Assembly (NCBI GenBank): GCA_039932055.1 | Contig: JBDTQT010000002.1 | Span: forward strand, 1 to 45,356 | Length of the DNA stretch: 45,356 nucleotides | Direction of reading: 5' to 3' | Source: Thermoanaerobaculia bacterium | Lineage (GTDB): Bacteria; Acidobacteriota; Thermoanaerobaculia; Multivoradales; JAGPDF01 | Shown: one piece after another, positions 1 through 8,746 of the stretch | Position numbering within the stretch: position 1 is the first letter of the stretch | How the letters are laid out: every line of letters begins with the position of its first letter | Translations under genes and position numbers: made by a program | The notes under the pieces: generated by a model | Told to the model about the DNA's origin: nothing | Database searches by the model: none | Seen by the model: only the letters and a program-made list of their open reading frames with translations

Positions 1-1121
1 TTCACCGCCGTCCCGATGAGCTTTCTCGCCACCACTTCCGGCCCCTGCTGCTCGCCTTCGTAGACCATTTCGAGCTTGCCGGTGAGCGCCGGCAGCAGCG
101 GCGGCAGATCGCAAAGTCGCGGATAGACCGGCCGGTCGCCGGTGGTGAGGGCGCGGCGCTCGAGATTCGACGCCAGAAGCTCGACCGCCGAGATCGCGAC
201 GCGCGCCGAAACGCCCGACGTCTGGTCCACGAGCTCGCTCTCGCGCGCCGCGATCGAGATCTCCTCGACGAGCAGGCGCGCCTCTTCGGTGAGGACGATC
301 GGCGCGCCGTCTCGCTCGGTCCAGGCCTCCTGGGCGGTGATCCGGGCGGCGAGGGCGGCCGAGGGCGGGTAGTGGGTGAGGATCTGCGAGGCGATGCGGT
401 CGCGCAGCGGGGTGATGATCGAGCCGCGGTTGGTGTAGTCCTCGGGGTTGGCGGAGAAGGCGAACAGCATGTCGAGCTCGAGGCGCACGGGAAAACCGCG
501 GATCTGGAGGTCGCGCTCCTCGAGCAGGTTGAGCAGTCCGACTTGAATGCGCGGCGCCAGGTCGGGGAGCTCGTTGATGGCGAAGATGCCGCGGTTGGTG
601 CGCGGGATGATCCCGAAGTGGATCACTTCGGGATCGGCGTAGGTGAGGCGCCGGGTCGCCGCCTTGATCGGGTCGATGTCGCCGAGAAGGTCGGCGATCG
701 AGACGTCCGGCGTCGCGGTCTTCTCGCTGTAGCGCGCTTCGGCGCCCAGCCACTCGACGGGTGTGTCATCCCCGGCCTCGGCGATCCGGCGCGCTCCCCA
801 GGTCGAGATCGGCGCCAGCGGATCATCGTTGACCTCGCTGCCGGCGAGCACCGGGATCTCCGCGTCGAGCAGGGTCGTGAGTTGGCGCAGCAGGCGCGAT
901 TTCGCCTGGCCGCGCAGGCCGAGCAGGATAAAATCGTGACCGGCGAGCAGGGCGTTGGCGATCGCCGGAATCACCGTGCGCTCGTAGCCCACGATGCCGG
1001 GAAAGAGCTCCTGCTTCGCCGCCAGCTTGCGCCGCAGGTTGGCGCGGATCTCCGCGCGCACGGTCTGTGAACGGTACGGGGTGCGCTTGAGCTCGCCCAG
1101 TGTCCTGGCCTGATTCGTCAT
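1..1121 (-). CDS. AAA+ ATPase of the ChlI/BchI-MoxR-like type, partial; the C-terminus lies beyond the left window edge
   Basis: This ORF is missing from the track because it runs off the edge. Manual minus-strand translation from the ATG at 1121-1119 is open to position 1. It reads MTNQARTLGELKRTPYRSQTVRAEIRANLRRKLAAKQELFPGIVGYERTVIPAIANALLAGHDFILLGLRGQAKSRLLRQL...RGIFAINELPDL...LFAFSANPEDYTNRGSIITPLRDR. It carries a Walker A-like GLRGQAKS and a Walker B-like FAINE. The ATG overlaps the trxB stop (ATGA). Confidence 0.7.
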   Translation of the reverse strand, partial: MTNQARTLGELKRTPYRSQTVRAEIRANLRRKLAAKQELFPGIVGYERTVIPAIANALLAGHDFILLGLRGQAKSRLLRQLTTLLDAEIPVLAGSEVNDDPLAPISTWGARRIAEAGDDTPVEWLGAEARYSEKTATPDVSIADLLGDIDPIKAATRRLTYADPEVIHFGIIPRTNRGIFAINELPDLAPRIQVGLLNLLEERDLQIRGFPVRLELDMLFAFSANPEDYTNRGSIITPLRDRIASQILTHYPPSAALAARITAQEAWTERDGAPIVLTEEARLLVEEISIAARESELVDQTSGVSARVAISAVELLASNLERRALTTGDRPVYPRLCDLPPLLPALTGKLEMVYEGEQQGPEVVARKLIGTAV

Positions 1122-2074
1122 CCGTGCTGTGCCTCCAGCCAGCGTTCGGCGTCGATCGCCGCCTTGCAACCGCTGCCGGCGGCGGTGACCGCCTGGCGGT
1201 AGATCGGATCGGTCACGTCGCCGCAGGCGAAGACTCCGGCGACGGCGGTGCGCGTCGTCGGCTCCTCGACCAGCAGGTAGCCGGCCGCGTTGGTCGGCAG
1301 TTGCTCGCCGAAGACCTGTGTGTTGGGTTGATGCCCGATGGCGACGAAGAGCCCCTGAGTGGCAAAGACCGTCTCCGCGCCGTTGACTCGATCGCGCAGG
1401 CGGAGACCGGAAACTCCGGCGTCGCGGCTGCCGAGGATCTCGACCACCTCGGAATCCCAGATCCAGGCGATCTTCGGATTCGCGGCGGCGCGATCCTGCA
1501 TGATCTTCGAAGCCCGCAGCTCGCGACGGCGATGGATCACGGTGACCTTCGAGGCGAAACGGGTAAGGTAGGTCGCCTCTTCGAGCGCCGTATCGCCACC
1601 GCCGATCACCGCGACCTCCTTGCCCTTGAAGAAGAAGCCATCGCAAGTCGCGCAGGCGGAGACGCCGTAGCCCATGAGCTCGCGCTCCGAAGGCAGGCCG
1701 AGGAGCTTGGCAGAGGCGCCGGTCGCGAGAATCAGGGTGTCGGCGGAGTAGCTCTTGTCGTCGCTGCGAAAGTGGAAGGGCCGCGCGGAGAGATCGACGT
1801 CGGAAACCAGCTCGAACTTGACCTGCGCGCCGAACCGCCGCGCCTGCTCGCGCATCTGATCGATCAGCTCGGGGCCCTGAATGCCGTGCACGAAGCCGGG
1901 GTAGTTCTCGACCTCGGTGGTGATGGTGAGCTGGCCGCCGGGCTGATTGCCTTCGAAAACGGCCGGCGCGAGGCCTGCACGGGCGGCGTAGAGCGCCGCG
2001 GTCAGCCCGGCCGGACCGGAGCCGAGAATGGCGACGCGAAAGTGACTGTCTGGGGACGGCGCTGCGTTCGTCAT
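1118..2074 (-). CDS. trxB: thioredoxin-disulfide reductase
   Basis: The 318-aa ORF has an FAD-binding GSGPAG motif, the redox-active CATCDG motif, and an NADPH-binding GGGDTA motif. A Shine-Dalgarno sequence AAAGGAG lies upstream of the ATG. Confidence 0.95.
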   Translation of the reverse strand: MTNAAPSPDSHFRVAILGSGPAGLTAALYAARAGLAPAVFEGNQPGGQLTITTEVENYPGFVHGIQGPELIDQMREQARRFGAQVKFELVSDVDLSARPFHFRSDDKSYSADTLILATGASAKLLGLPSERELMGYGVSACATCDGFFFKGKEVAVIGGGDTALEEATYLTRFASKVTVIHRRRELRASKIMQDRAAANPKIAWIWDSEVVEILGSRDAGVSGLRLRDRVNGAETVFATQGLFVAIGHQPNTQVFGEQLPTNAAGYLLVEEPTTRTAVAGVFACGDVTDPIYRQAVTAAGSGCKAAIDAERWLEAQHG

Positions 2075-2158
2075 GCGACCGAAGAGCTCCTTTCAGAGGG
2101 AGTTACGCGGTGAGAGGACTTCCGGACGCGGTGGCTGGAGCGCTGCCGGAACGCTGCG

Positions 2159-2167
2159 ACTATAACA
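2159..2167 (-). promoter_or_regulatory. possible extended -10 promoter (TGtTATAGT) for trxB
   Basis: The minus strand reads ccggtTGtTATAGTcgc about 85 nt upstream of the trxB ATG, in the only intergenic gap here (2075-2216). No convincing -35 element is present. Confidence 0.25.
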
Positions 2168-2216
2168 ACCGGCAGCCGGGCTTCATTTCCCGGCGATTCG
2201 GGGAGCGCGCGCGGGC

Positions 2217-3188
2217 TCAGGAAGCGGTGCCCGGCCGGAGGAGCGTCTCGGCGAGGCGAAGGATGTTGCCGGCGCCGCCGACGGTGAGGTTGTCGATGGT
2301 CGCCCAGATCCAGAAAGCGCCGGGCCCGGCCGCCCGGACCTCGCCGACCAGCAGCTCTTCCTCGCCGGCAGCCTGCACCGGTCCGAGCGCGGCCGGCCTT
2401 TTCGCCAGGGTACCGGCGCCGCTGCGGCCGAGAAGCTTGCGCAGGGCGGCGGGCTCGATCGCCTTCTCGACCTCGACATAGAGGCTGAGGGTCACGGCAT
2501 GAAAGATCCCCGCCTGCGCGGTCTGCACTGCAATCCTGCCGGCGGGTTCGTCGCGGAGGCCGAGGGCGACATCTACCTGACGGGCGATCTCTTCGCCGGG
2601 AAAGGCGCCAGGCAGGAGATTGAAGGCGATCTGGGCGGGGAAATGTTCGGGTTTCGCCGGCTTGGCCAGCGCCAGCAGAGCGCGGCTCTCCTCGAACAGG
2701 GCGTCGATACCGGCGGCGCCGAGCTCCGACGCCGGCAGCACGGCGGTCGCCACGGCCCGGCGGAGGCCGAGGGCGCGCATCGGCTCGAGCAGGCGGGTGA
2801 GGCCCACGGCGGCCGGCGAGGGGGCGAGCAGCCGGTCCTGCCCGAGCCACGAAAATTCCTCGACGCCGGCGACGGCGGGGTGTCCGTCCTGCGTCGTGCC
2901 GCCATGCGATGCGACGATGGCTCGGGCGCCTGCCGGCAGCAGGGCAAGGGCCTTGCGGTCGAGCGCAATCTCGCCGCAGAGGATCGTCAGGTCGATGCCG
3001 TCGAAGCACTCCTCCTCGACCCGGGCGACGAAAGTGGCGCCATCGATACCTTCGGTCAGGGTGCCGACCACCGCCTCGTCGACCGCGAATAGGCGCAGAT
3101 CTGTACACAGGTCCGGTCGCTGCGCCAGCCGATCGGCGACCTCCTTGCCGAGCAGCGAAACCGAGTGCACGAGAGCGATCCGGCTCAC
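2217..3188 (-). CDS. aspartate-semialdehyde dehydrogenase-like (Asd/USG-1 family) protein, probably non-catalytic
   Basis: The ORF has Asd-like C-terminal dimerisation-domain signatures (AQIAFNLLP, IFHAVTLSLYVEV, WIWATIDNLTVGGAGN). I place the start at the GTG at 3188, which overlaps the pssA stop (GTGA). The longer 344-aa version overlaps pssA. APSPAAV replaces the Asd active-site NPNCST, and there is no GxxGxxG motif at the N-terminus. Confidence 0.7.
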   Translation of the reverse strand: MSRIALVHSVSLLGKEVADRLAQRPDLCTDLRLFAVDEAVVGTLTEGIDGATFVARVEEECFDGIDLTILCGEIALDRKALALLPAGARAIVASHGGTTQDGHPAVAGVEEFSWLGQDRLLAPSPAAVGLTRLLEPMRALGLRRAVATAVLPASELGAAGIDALFEESRALLALAKPAKPEHFPAQIAFNLLPGAFPGEEIARQVDVALGLRDEPAGRIAVQTAQAGIFHAVTLSLYVEVEKAIEPAALRKLLGRSGAGTLAKRPAALGPVQAAGEEELLVGEVRAAGPGAFWIWATIDNLTVGGAGNILRLAETLLRPGTAS

Positions 3189-3967
3189 GCTGGCGTGGTC
3201 TCCGGAGGTGGCGCGGTCGGGCGGCCGAGGCCGGCGCGCTGGACGAGCCACAGAGCCGGTCCGGAGAGGGCATAGGCGCCCGCCATGACCGGCAGGAATG
3301 CCTCCGGATAGAAGGCAAGCAGCAGGATCATCGCCGCCAGCGGGAGCGCCATGCGGTAGCTATGCGGTTGCCGGAGGTCGATCGACTTGAAGCTCCAGTA
3401 GCGAAAGGTCGAGACCATGAGCGTTCCAAGCAAGAGGAGCGCGCCCGCCATGACGACGAGCAGCCACCGCCGGCCCTCGACCTGCGGCACCACGATCAGA
3501 ATGCAGGCGAGTGCCCCGGCGGCCGCCGGACAGGGTAGACCGACGAAGAATCGCTTGTCGGCGCGCACCGTCTGAACGTTGAAGCGCGCAAGGCGCGTGG
3601 CGCAGCAGACAACGAAGTAGAGCGGCACCAGCCAGCCCAGCCGGCTCCAGACCGAGAGGCCCCAGAGGTGGGCGACGAGGGCTGGAGTGGCGCCGAAGGT
3701 GATGACGTCGGCGAGCGAGTCGAACTCGCGGCCAAAGTCACTCTCTGTGCCAGTCATGCGCGCGATCCGGCCGTCGAGGTTGTCGACCACGGCGGCGATG
3801 AAAATGCAGCCGGCCGCCCACAGGAAGCGGCCGCGCAGCGCCAGGATCATGGCGAAGAAGCCGAAGAAGATGTTGCCGATGGTGAAGGCGCTGGGCAGCA
3901 GGAATGCGGCCCGCCGTCGATGGCGCAGCAAGCGGGACTCCTGCGTCTGCGACGCCCGCTTGGTCAA
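3185..3967 (-). CDS. pssA: CDP-diacylglycerol--serine O-phosphatidyltransferase
   Basis: It carries the CDP-alcohol phosphatidyltransferase motif DNLDGRIARMTGTESDFGREFDSLAD. The protein is multi-pass hydrophobic. It overlaps psd by 4 nt. Confidence 0.9.
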   Translation of the reverse strand: MTKRASQTQESRLLRHRRRAAFLLPSAFTIGNIFFGFFAMILALRGRFLWAAGCIFIAAVVDNLDGRIARMTGTESDFGREFDSLADVITFGATPALVAHLWGLSVWSRLGWLVPLYFVVCCATRLARFNVQTVRADKRFFVGLPCPAAAGALACILIVVPQVEGRRWLLVVMAGALLLLGTLMVSTFRYWSFKSIDLRQPHSYRMALPLAAMILLLAFYPEAFLPVMAGAYALSGPALWLVQRAGLGRPTAPPPETTPA

Positions 3968-4623
3968 TGCGCCACCGGAGCTGCCTTGGCGTCGTGGCGA
4001 TCCCTCGCCATCGGCGTCTCACCGACGCGAACGCGATCGCCCTTCTTGACCAGGATCTCGTAGGAGGCCGGGACGTAGAGGTCGACCCGCGACCCGAACT
4101 TGATCACCCCCATGAGCTCGCCCCGCTGCGTTCGGTCGCCCTTCCGGAGGTAGGAGACCACCCGCCGCGCAATCAGGCCGGCGAGCTGACGGACACCGAT
4201 GCGGTCGCCGTTCGGGCGCAGGAAGACGTTGGTGTAGCGCTCGTTCTTGTCGCCGACGTCGGCGCGGAAAGCGGCCAGCTTCTGACCACGCAGGAGAGCG
4301 GAGAAGACCACCTCTCCGGCGACTGGCGCGCGCTGCACGTGAACGTCGAAGACCGAAAGGAAAGTCACCACGCGACGATACGCCCCCGGGCCGATCTCCG
4401 CATCGACGACCGCTTCGACCGCGGTGACGAGGCCGTCGGCAGGCGCGAGCACCACGCCCTCGGGCCCGTCGAAATGACGCCGCGGATCGCGAAAGAACAG
4501 CAGCACGAGGAAACTCAAAACGGCGACCACGATCGCGGCAGTGCGACGCTCGAACCAGAAGAGCGCGGCGGCAATCGCGACCAGCGGCAGAACGAATGCC
4601 CAGGCCTCTTTGGCGAAACTCAT
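3964..4623 (-). CDS. psd: phosphatidylserine decarboxylase proenzyme (short form)
   Basis: The 219-aa protein has an N-terminal TM helix and a C-terminal KFGSRVD motif (G-S self-cleavage site). It is the operon partner of pssA. Confidence 0.85.
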   Translation of the reverse strand: MSFAKEAWAFVLPLVAIAAALFWFERRTAAIVVAVLSFLVLLFFRDPRRHFDGPEGVVLAPADGLVTAVEAVVDAEIGPGAYRRVVTFLSVFDVHVQRAPVAGEVVFSALLRGQKLAAFRADVGDKNERYTNVFLRPNGDRIGVRQLAGLIARRVVSYLRKGDRTQRGELMGVIKFGSRVDLYVPASYEILVKKGDRVRVGETPMARDRHDAKAAPVAH

Positions 4624-4666
4624 GCGCGGCCGGCCCGAAGCAGGGAGGCGGAGAGTCCGGTCGAGG

Positions 4667-4900
4667 TCAGGCGGTGACCTGGGTTTCTGGCTGTTCGCGC
4701 ATCATCGCCTCCATGCGGTCCTTGAGCGCGAGCTTGTGAATCTTGAGACGCTTCTCCTCAGCCTCGTCCTCCTGCGAGGGAAGGGTTCGCTGGGCGATCT
4801 GCGACAGGCGCTCCTCGCATTCGTGATGCTCCTGGTGGAGCAGGCGGAAGGCCTCGCTGGTGCGCAGGAACTCCTGTCTGAGGGCGTCGAAGTTCGGCAT
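4667..4900 (-). CDS. DUF465 (YdcH-like) small protein
   Basis: The sequence MPNFDALRQEFLRTSEAFRLLHQEHHECEERLSQI...RLKIHKLALKDRM is typical of the YdcH/DUF465 family. I chose the internal ATG at 4900 because AAAGGAGAG lies 8 nt upstream of it. Confidence 0.7.
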   Translation of the reverse strand: MPNFDALRQEFLRTSEAFRLLHQEHHECEERLSQIAQRTLPSQEDEAEEKRLKIHKLALKDRMEAMMREQPETQVTA

Positions 4901-4941
4901 AGACGAGCTCTCCTTTCTTCGGTTGAAAACGATCCGAAAAG

Positions 4942-4970
4942 AGGATAGCACCCGGCTTTTGCGCTCTCAA
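4942..4970 (-). promoter_or_regulatory. sigma70-like promoter TTGAGA-N17-TATCCT for the DUF465 gene
   Basis: The minus strand reads TTGAGAgcgcaaaagccgggtgcTATCCT in the 83-nt gap between the rimI stop and the DUF465 start. Confidence 0.35.
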
Positions 4971-4983
4971 CCCGGAGCCTGCC

Positions 4984-5442
4984 TCAGGCGGGACGTCCGT
5001 AGATCCAGGCGTCGCAGCCGTCGCGGTAGTAACCGCGACGTTGGTTGCGGTATGCGAACCCCAGCCGCCGATAGAGCTCCTGTGCCGGCCGATTGTCCGC
5101 CCGGACTTCGAGGAAGCTGTCGAGCGACTGGCGGTCGAGCTCGGCCAGGGCGACCGTCAGGACGGCGGTAGCTACTCTGCAACGCTGCCAGGCGGGCTCC
5201 GTCGCAATACGCAACAACTCGGCTTCGTGCGCCGCGGTGACGACGCGGAAGAGCGCGAATCCGACGGCCAGGCCGCCCGCTCCCTCGGCCAGCCAGCCGC
5301 ACGCCCCCGGTTCCGCCCAGAAGCCGGCAATGGCGGCGGCGCTCCAGGGATCCGGGAAGGCAGCCGCCTCCAGGGCAGCTAGCGCGGAGAGATCGGCGCG
5401 CGTCGCCGGACGAATGCGAAAGGCCGGCGGGGGAGAGCTCAA
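4984..5442 (-). CDS. rimI: ribosomal-protein-alanine N-acetyltransferase (GNAT)
   Basis: The 152-aa GNAT protein has N-terminal IRPATRADLSALAALEAAAFPDPWS and a RRLGF motif. It overlaps tsaB by 4 nt, the classical tsaB-rimI pairing. Confidence 0.8.
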   Translation of the reverse strand: MSSPPPAFRIRPATRADLSALAALEAAAFPDPWSAAAIAGFWAEPGACGWLAEGAGGLAVGFALFRVVTAAHEAELLRIATEPAWQRCRVATAVLTVALAELDRQSLDSFLEVRADNRPAQELYRRLGFAYRNQRRGYYRDGCDAWIYGRPA

Positions 5443-6083
5443 GGTCTGGCGTTCCGCGGAGTGAAGCCCCGCAGGTAGAGCGGCGCGAGCTCGCCCGACA
5501 GAAGAGCGCCCAGGGTCCCGGCCGAGGCCGCGGACGCGACGCCCGACGCCAGCGCAGCAACCCGTTCCACCGGCAGTTCCGCGAGGTGGCTGGGCAGGGT
5601 TTGCGCGAGGTGGACGGCGAGGCGTGCGTCCGCAGGTGCAAAGAGCGTGGACGCCGGCAGGCGCTCAGGGGTGCCTTCGGCGGCGAGACCGCGAGCCTCG
5701 AAGCGGAATTCCTGGACAAACCACTCGTCACGCAGAGCGTCGATCAGCGCCAGGAACCGGGAGGCTGTTCCCGGGCCGGCATGCAGTGCGAGCGCCGCCA
5801 GATTCGACAAGGCGAAGACCGGGACGGCGAGCGCGGCGCGCAGACCGAGGGCGGTGGCGAGGGCAACGCGGATGCCGGTGAAGCTCCCCGGGCCGCTCAG
5901 CACGACGATGCCGTCGAGCTCCCGGGCTGCCACCGTGGCCCGCTGCAAGCTATCGTCGATCTGCTGCAGAAGCGAAGGTCCGGAGCGGCTCGCGCCGGTG
6001 CTCGCGGCGAGCAGGGTGCCGCCGCGCGCCACTGCGGCGCTGGTGACCGGCGAACCGGCGTCGAAGGCGAGCCATGTCGACAT
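5439..6083 (-). CDS. tsaB: tRNA t6A37 biosynthesis protein TsaB (YeaZ)
   Basis: The SGPGSFTGIRVALATALGL motif and the N-terminal LAFDAGS are characteristic of TsaB/YeaZ. Confidence 0.9.
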   Translation of the reverse strand: MSTWLAFDAGSPVTSAAVARGGTLLAASTGASRSGPSLLQQIDDSLQRATVAARELDGIVVLSGPGSFTGIRVALATALGLRAALAVPVFALSNLAALALHAGPGTASRFLALIDALRDEWFVQEFRFEARGLAAEGTPERLPASTLFAPADARLAVHLAQTLPSHLAELPVERVAALASGVASAASAGTLGALLSGELAPLYLRGFTPRNARP

Positions 6084-6121
6084 CCGCGCGAGTCTAGCTC
6101 GACCGCTATACTCTGCGACCC

Positions 6122-8746
6122 ATGCGCCCAGGGGTCGAGATGACGCCGATGCTTCGGCACTACCTGGAGCTCAAGTCCCGATATCCGGACGCGATCCTCT
6201 TCTATCGCATGGGGGACTTCTACGAGCTCTTTTTCGAAGACGCGGTGAAGGTCGCCCCGCTCCTCGATCTGACCCTGACGGCGCGGCAGAAGGGAACTCC
6301 GAACGAAGCGCCGATGTGCGGCGTCCCGCACCATGCGGTGGCGGGCTACATCGGCAAGCTCATTCGGCTCGGCCTCAAGGTCGCGATCTGCGACCAGGTC
6401 GAGGAACCCGCCCAGGCCAAAGGGCTGGTGCGGCGCGAGGTGACGCGGGTCGTCACCCCCGGCACGATCTCGGAGCTCGCCCTGCTCGAGAGCAAGGAGG
6501 AGAATCTTCTCGGGGGTCTCGTCTGGCAAGCGGGTCACCCGGGGAGCGGCGCCGGGGCCTTCCTCGAGGTCTCGACCGGCGCCTTCTTCCTGCGCCGCTG
6601 GCACGACCCGCTCGAGGCGGTCGCCGAGCTCGAGGTGCTGCGGCCGCGCGAGCTTCTCTGCGATCTCGAAGGGCTGCCGGCGACGCTCGCCGCCTGGGCG
6701 GAGCGCGACATGGTCTGCCGGACGGAGATCGGGGACCACCTCGAATCGCCAGCCAAGGCGGCCGAACGGCTGGCGCGCCAGTTCGGCGTCGCCGCCGTGC
6801 GCGGCTTCGGGCTGGAGGAGGGCGAGCCGGGGGTGCGCGCGGCGGCCGCCGTGCTCTCCTACGCCCAGTCGACCCAACGCAGCCAGCTCGCCCACGTCAC
6901 CGGGATCCGCCTGCGCGGGGCCGCCGACCGCCTGGTCCTCGACGCCACGACCCTCGCCAATCTCGAGGTCTTGCGCACGCAGCGCGACGCCGAGCGCGGC
7001 AGCTCGCTGCTGACGATCCTCGATCGCACGGTCACCGCGCCGGGCGGCAGGCTCCTGCGCGACTGGCTGCGGCGCCCGCTGCGCGAGCTGCCCGAGATCG
7101 CCGAGCGCCATGACGGCGTCGGCGCGCTGGCCTCCGACACGCAGACTCTCACCCGCCTGCGCGGCGCTCTGGCGCGCGTCGCCGATCTCGAGCGCCTGGC
7201 GACGCGCGCCGTCGTCGGCGCGCTCACCCCGCGGGAGGCGGCGGCGCTGCGCGACACGCTGGCCGCGGTGCCGGCGCTCTTCGCCGGCCTCGCCGGGTTG
7301 GCCAGCCAGCTGATCGTCCGCGCGGCGGCGACCGACCCGTTGGCCGATCTCGCCGCCGATCTGCTCGCGGGCCTCGAGGAGGAGCCGGCGAATCATCTCG
7401 ACGACGGACGGGTCATTGCCGGCGGCATCGACCCCGAGCTCGACCAGTACCGCTCGCTCGCCTCGGACGCCAAGCGCCACATCCTCGAGCTCGAGGATCG
7501 CGAACGCAAGCGCACCGGCATCTCGTCGCTCAAGGTGCGGTACAACCGGGTCTTCGGCTACTCGATCGAAATCACCCGGGCCAACCAGGCGGCCGTCCCG
7601 GCCGACTACGTCCGGCGCCAGACCCTCGCCAACGCCGAGCGCTACGTGACCCCGGAGGTCCAGGAGCTCGAGGAGCGGATCCTGCACGCCGAGGACCGCC
7701 GACTGGCGATCGAGAAGCGGCTCTACGCCCATCTCGTCGCCGGCGTCGCGGCCAACGCTGCGCGCCTGCAGCGGCTGGGGCAGGCGATCGCCAGCGTCGA
7801 TGCAGTCGGGGCCTTCGCCGAGGTCGCGGCGCGGCGCGGCTACGTTCGGCCCCGGCTCCTGCCGGCCGGCTCGGGAATCGCGATCGAAGAGGGCCGCCAC
7901 CCGGTGCTCGAGGTGGCGCTCGGCGAGAGCTTCGTGCCCAACGACCTAGATCTCGATCCCGAACGCTCGCAGATCGTGCTGCTCACCGGGCCGAACATGG
8001 GCGGCAAATCGACCTACCTTCGACAGGCCGCCCTGATCGTCCTGATGGCGCAGGCCGGCAGTTTCGTGCCGGCGCGGCGCGCCACGATAGGGCTCGTCGA
8101 CCGGATCTTCTCGCGGGTCGGCGCCTCGGACGACCTGGCGCGCGGCGAGTCGACCTTCATGGTCGAAATGATCGAGACCTCGAACATCCTGCGTTTCGCC
8201 AGCCGCGAAAGTCTGGTCATTCTCGACGAAGTCGGGCGCGGAACCGCGACCTTCGACGGGCTGTCGCTCGCCTGGGCGATCGTCGAGCATCTGCATGAAC
8301 AGGTGCGTCCCCTGACGCTTTTCGCCACCCACTACCATGAGCTCACCGAGCTCGCCGAGCTCCTGCCGCGCGTGGTCAATCGCACGATGGCGGTCAAGGA
8401 GTGGGAAGACCGCATCGTCTTCCTGCGTCGGGTGGCGCCGGGCAGCGCCGACAAGTCGTACGGCATCCACGTCGCGAAGCTCGCCGGCCTGCCCGAGGCG
8501 GTGGTGAAGCGGGCCGAGCAGGTGCTGGCCAACCTCGAAGCGAAAGAGTTCGATCCCGAGGGCCGGCCGCGCATCGCCCACGGCGCGTTGCCGGCCGATC
8601 GCAGGGCAGCGCAACTGCCACTCTTCACGCCGCCGGCTCGGACGGAGGAGATCGTCGCCGGCATCCTGCGCGACCTGGATCTCGAGCGCCTGACGCCGCT
8701 CGCCGCGCTCAACCTCCTGGCCAGCCTCAAGGACCGTCTGAAGTGA
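6122..8746 (+). CDS. mutS: DNA mismatch repair protein MutS
   Basis: Diagnostic motifs are TPMLRHYLELKSRYPDAILFYRMGDFYELFFEDA, Walker A GPNMGGKST, and ILDEVGRGT. The true start may be the second ATG at 6140 (MTPMLRHY), which is preceded by AGGGGT. A TATACT box lies at 6107-6112. Confidence 0.97.
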   Translation: MRPGVEMTPMLRHYLELKSRYPDAILFYRMGDFYELFFEDAVKVAPLLDLTLTARQKGTPNEAPMCGVPHHAVAGYIGKLIRLGLKVAICDQVEEPAQAKGLVRREVTRVVTPGTISELALLESKEENLLGGLVWQAGHPGSGAGAFLEVSTGAFFLRRWHDPLEAVAELEVLRPRELLCDLEGLPATLAAWAERDMVCRTEIGDHLESPAKAAERLARQFGVAAVRGFGLEEGEPGVRAAAAVLSYAQSTQRSQLAHVTGIRLRGAADRLVLDATTLANLEVLRTQRDAERGSSLLTILDRTVTAPGGRLLRDWLRRPLRELPEIAERHDGVGALASDTQTLTRLRGALARVADLERLATRAVVGALTPREAAALRDTLAAVPALFAGLAGLASQLIVRAAATDPLADLAADLLAGLEEEPANHLDDGRVIAGGIDPELDQYRSLASDAKRHILELEDRERKRTGISSLKVRYNRVFGYSIEITRANQAAVPADYVRRQTLANAERYVTPEVQELEERILHAEDRRLAIEKRLYAHLVAGVAANAARLQRLGQAIASVDAVGAFAEVAARRGYVRPRLLPAGSGIAIEEGRHPVLEVALGESFVPNDLDLDPERSQIVLLTGPNMGGKSTYLRQAALIVLMAQAGSFVPARRATIGLVDRIFSRVGASDDLARGESTFMVEMIETSNILRFASRESLVILDEVGRGTATFDGLSLAWAIVEHLHEQVRPLTLFATHYHELTELAELLPRVVNRTMAVKEWEDRIVFLRRVAPGSADKSYGIHVAKLAGLPEAVVKRAEQVLANLEAKEFDPEGRPRIAHGALPADRRAAQLPLFTPPARTEEIVAGILRDLDLERLTPLAALNLLASLKDRLK

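Noticed and set aside
372-1070. 232-aa plus-strand ORF (with the ORF at 142-372) at the left edge
   Set aside because: It is antisense to the AAA+ ATPase frame, which reads as a coherent Walker A/B protein and is coupled to trxB.
2071-3318. 415-aa minus-strand ORF, and several 100-220-aa ORFs on both strands at 2110-3538
   Set aside because: They are off-frame relative to the Asd-like gene and pssA. The translations are extremely Arg/Pro-rich.
5897-7900. 667-aa minus-strand ORF, plus the 488-aa plus-strand ORF at 5647-7113
   Set aside because: One is antisense and the other off-frame to the unambiguous mutS and tsaB genes. Both have low-complexity R/G/A/P/D composition.
8401-8742. N-terminal extensions of real genes in the track: nagZ from 8401, ssb to 10460, spoVG from 17127, pth from 19155, rpsF from 20061, the lipoprotein from 15358, and the DUF465 gene to 4951
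   Set aside because: The extensions overlap upstream genes or lack family-typical sequence. Each has an internal start with an SD-like sequence or a stop/start overlap at the position where homologous proteins normally begin.
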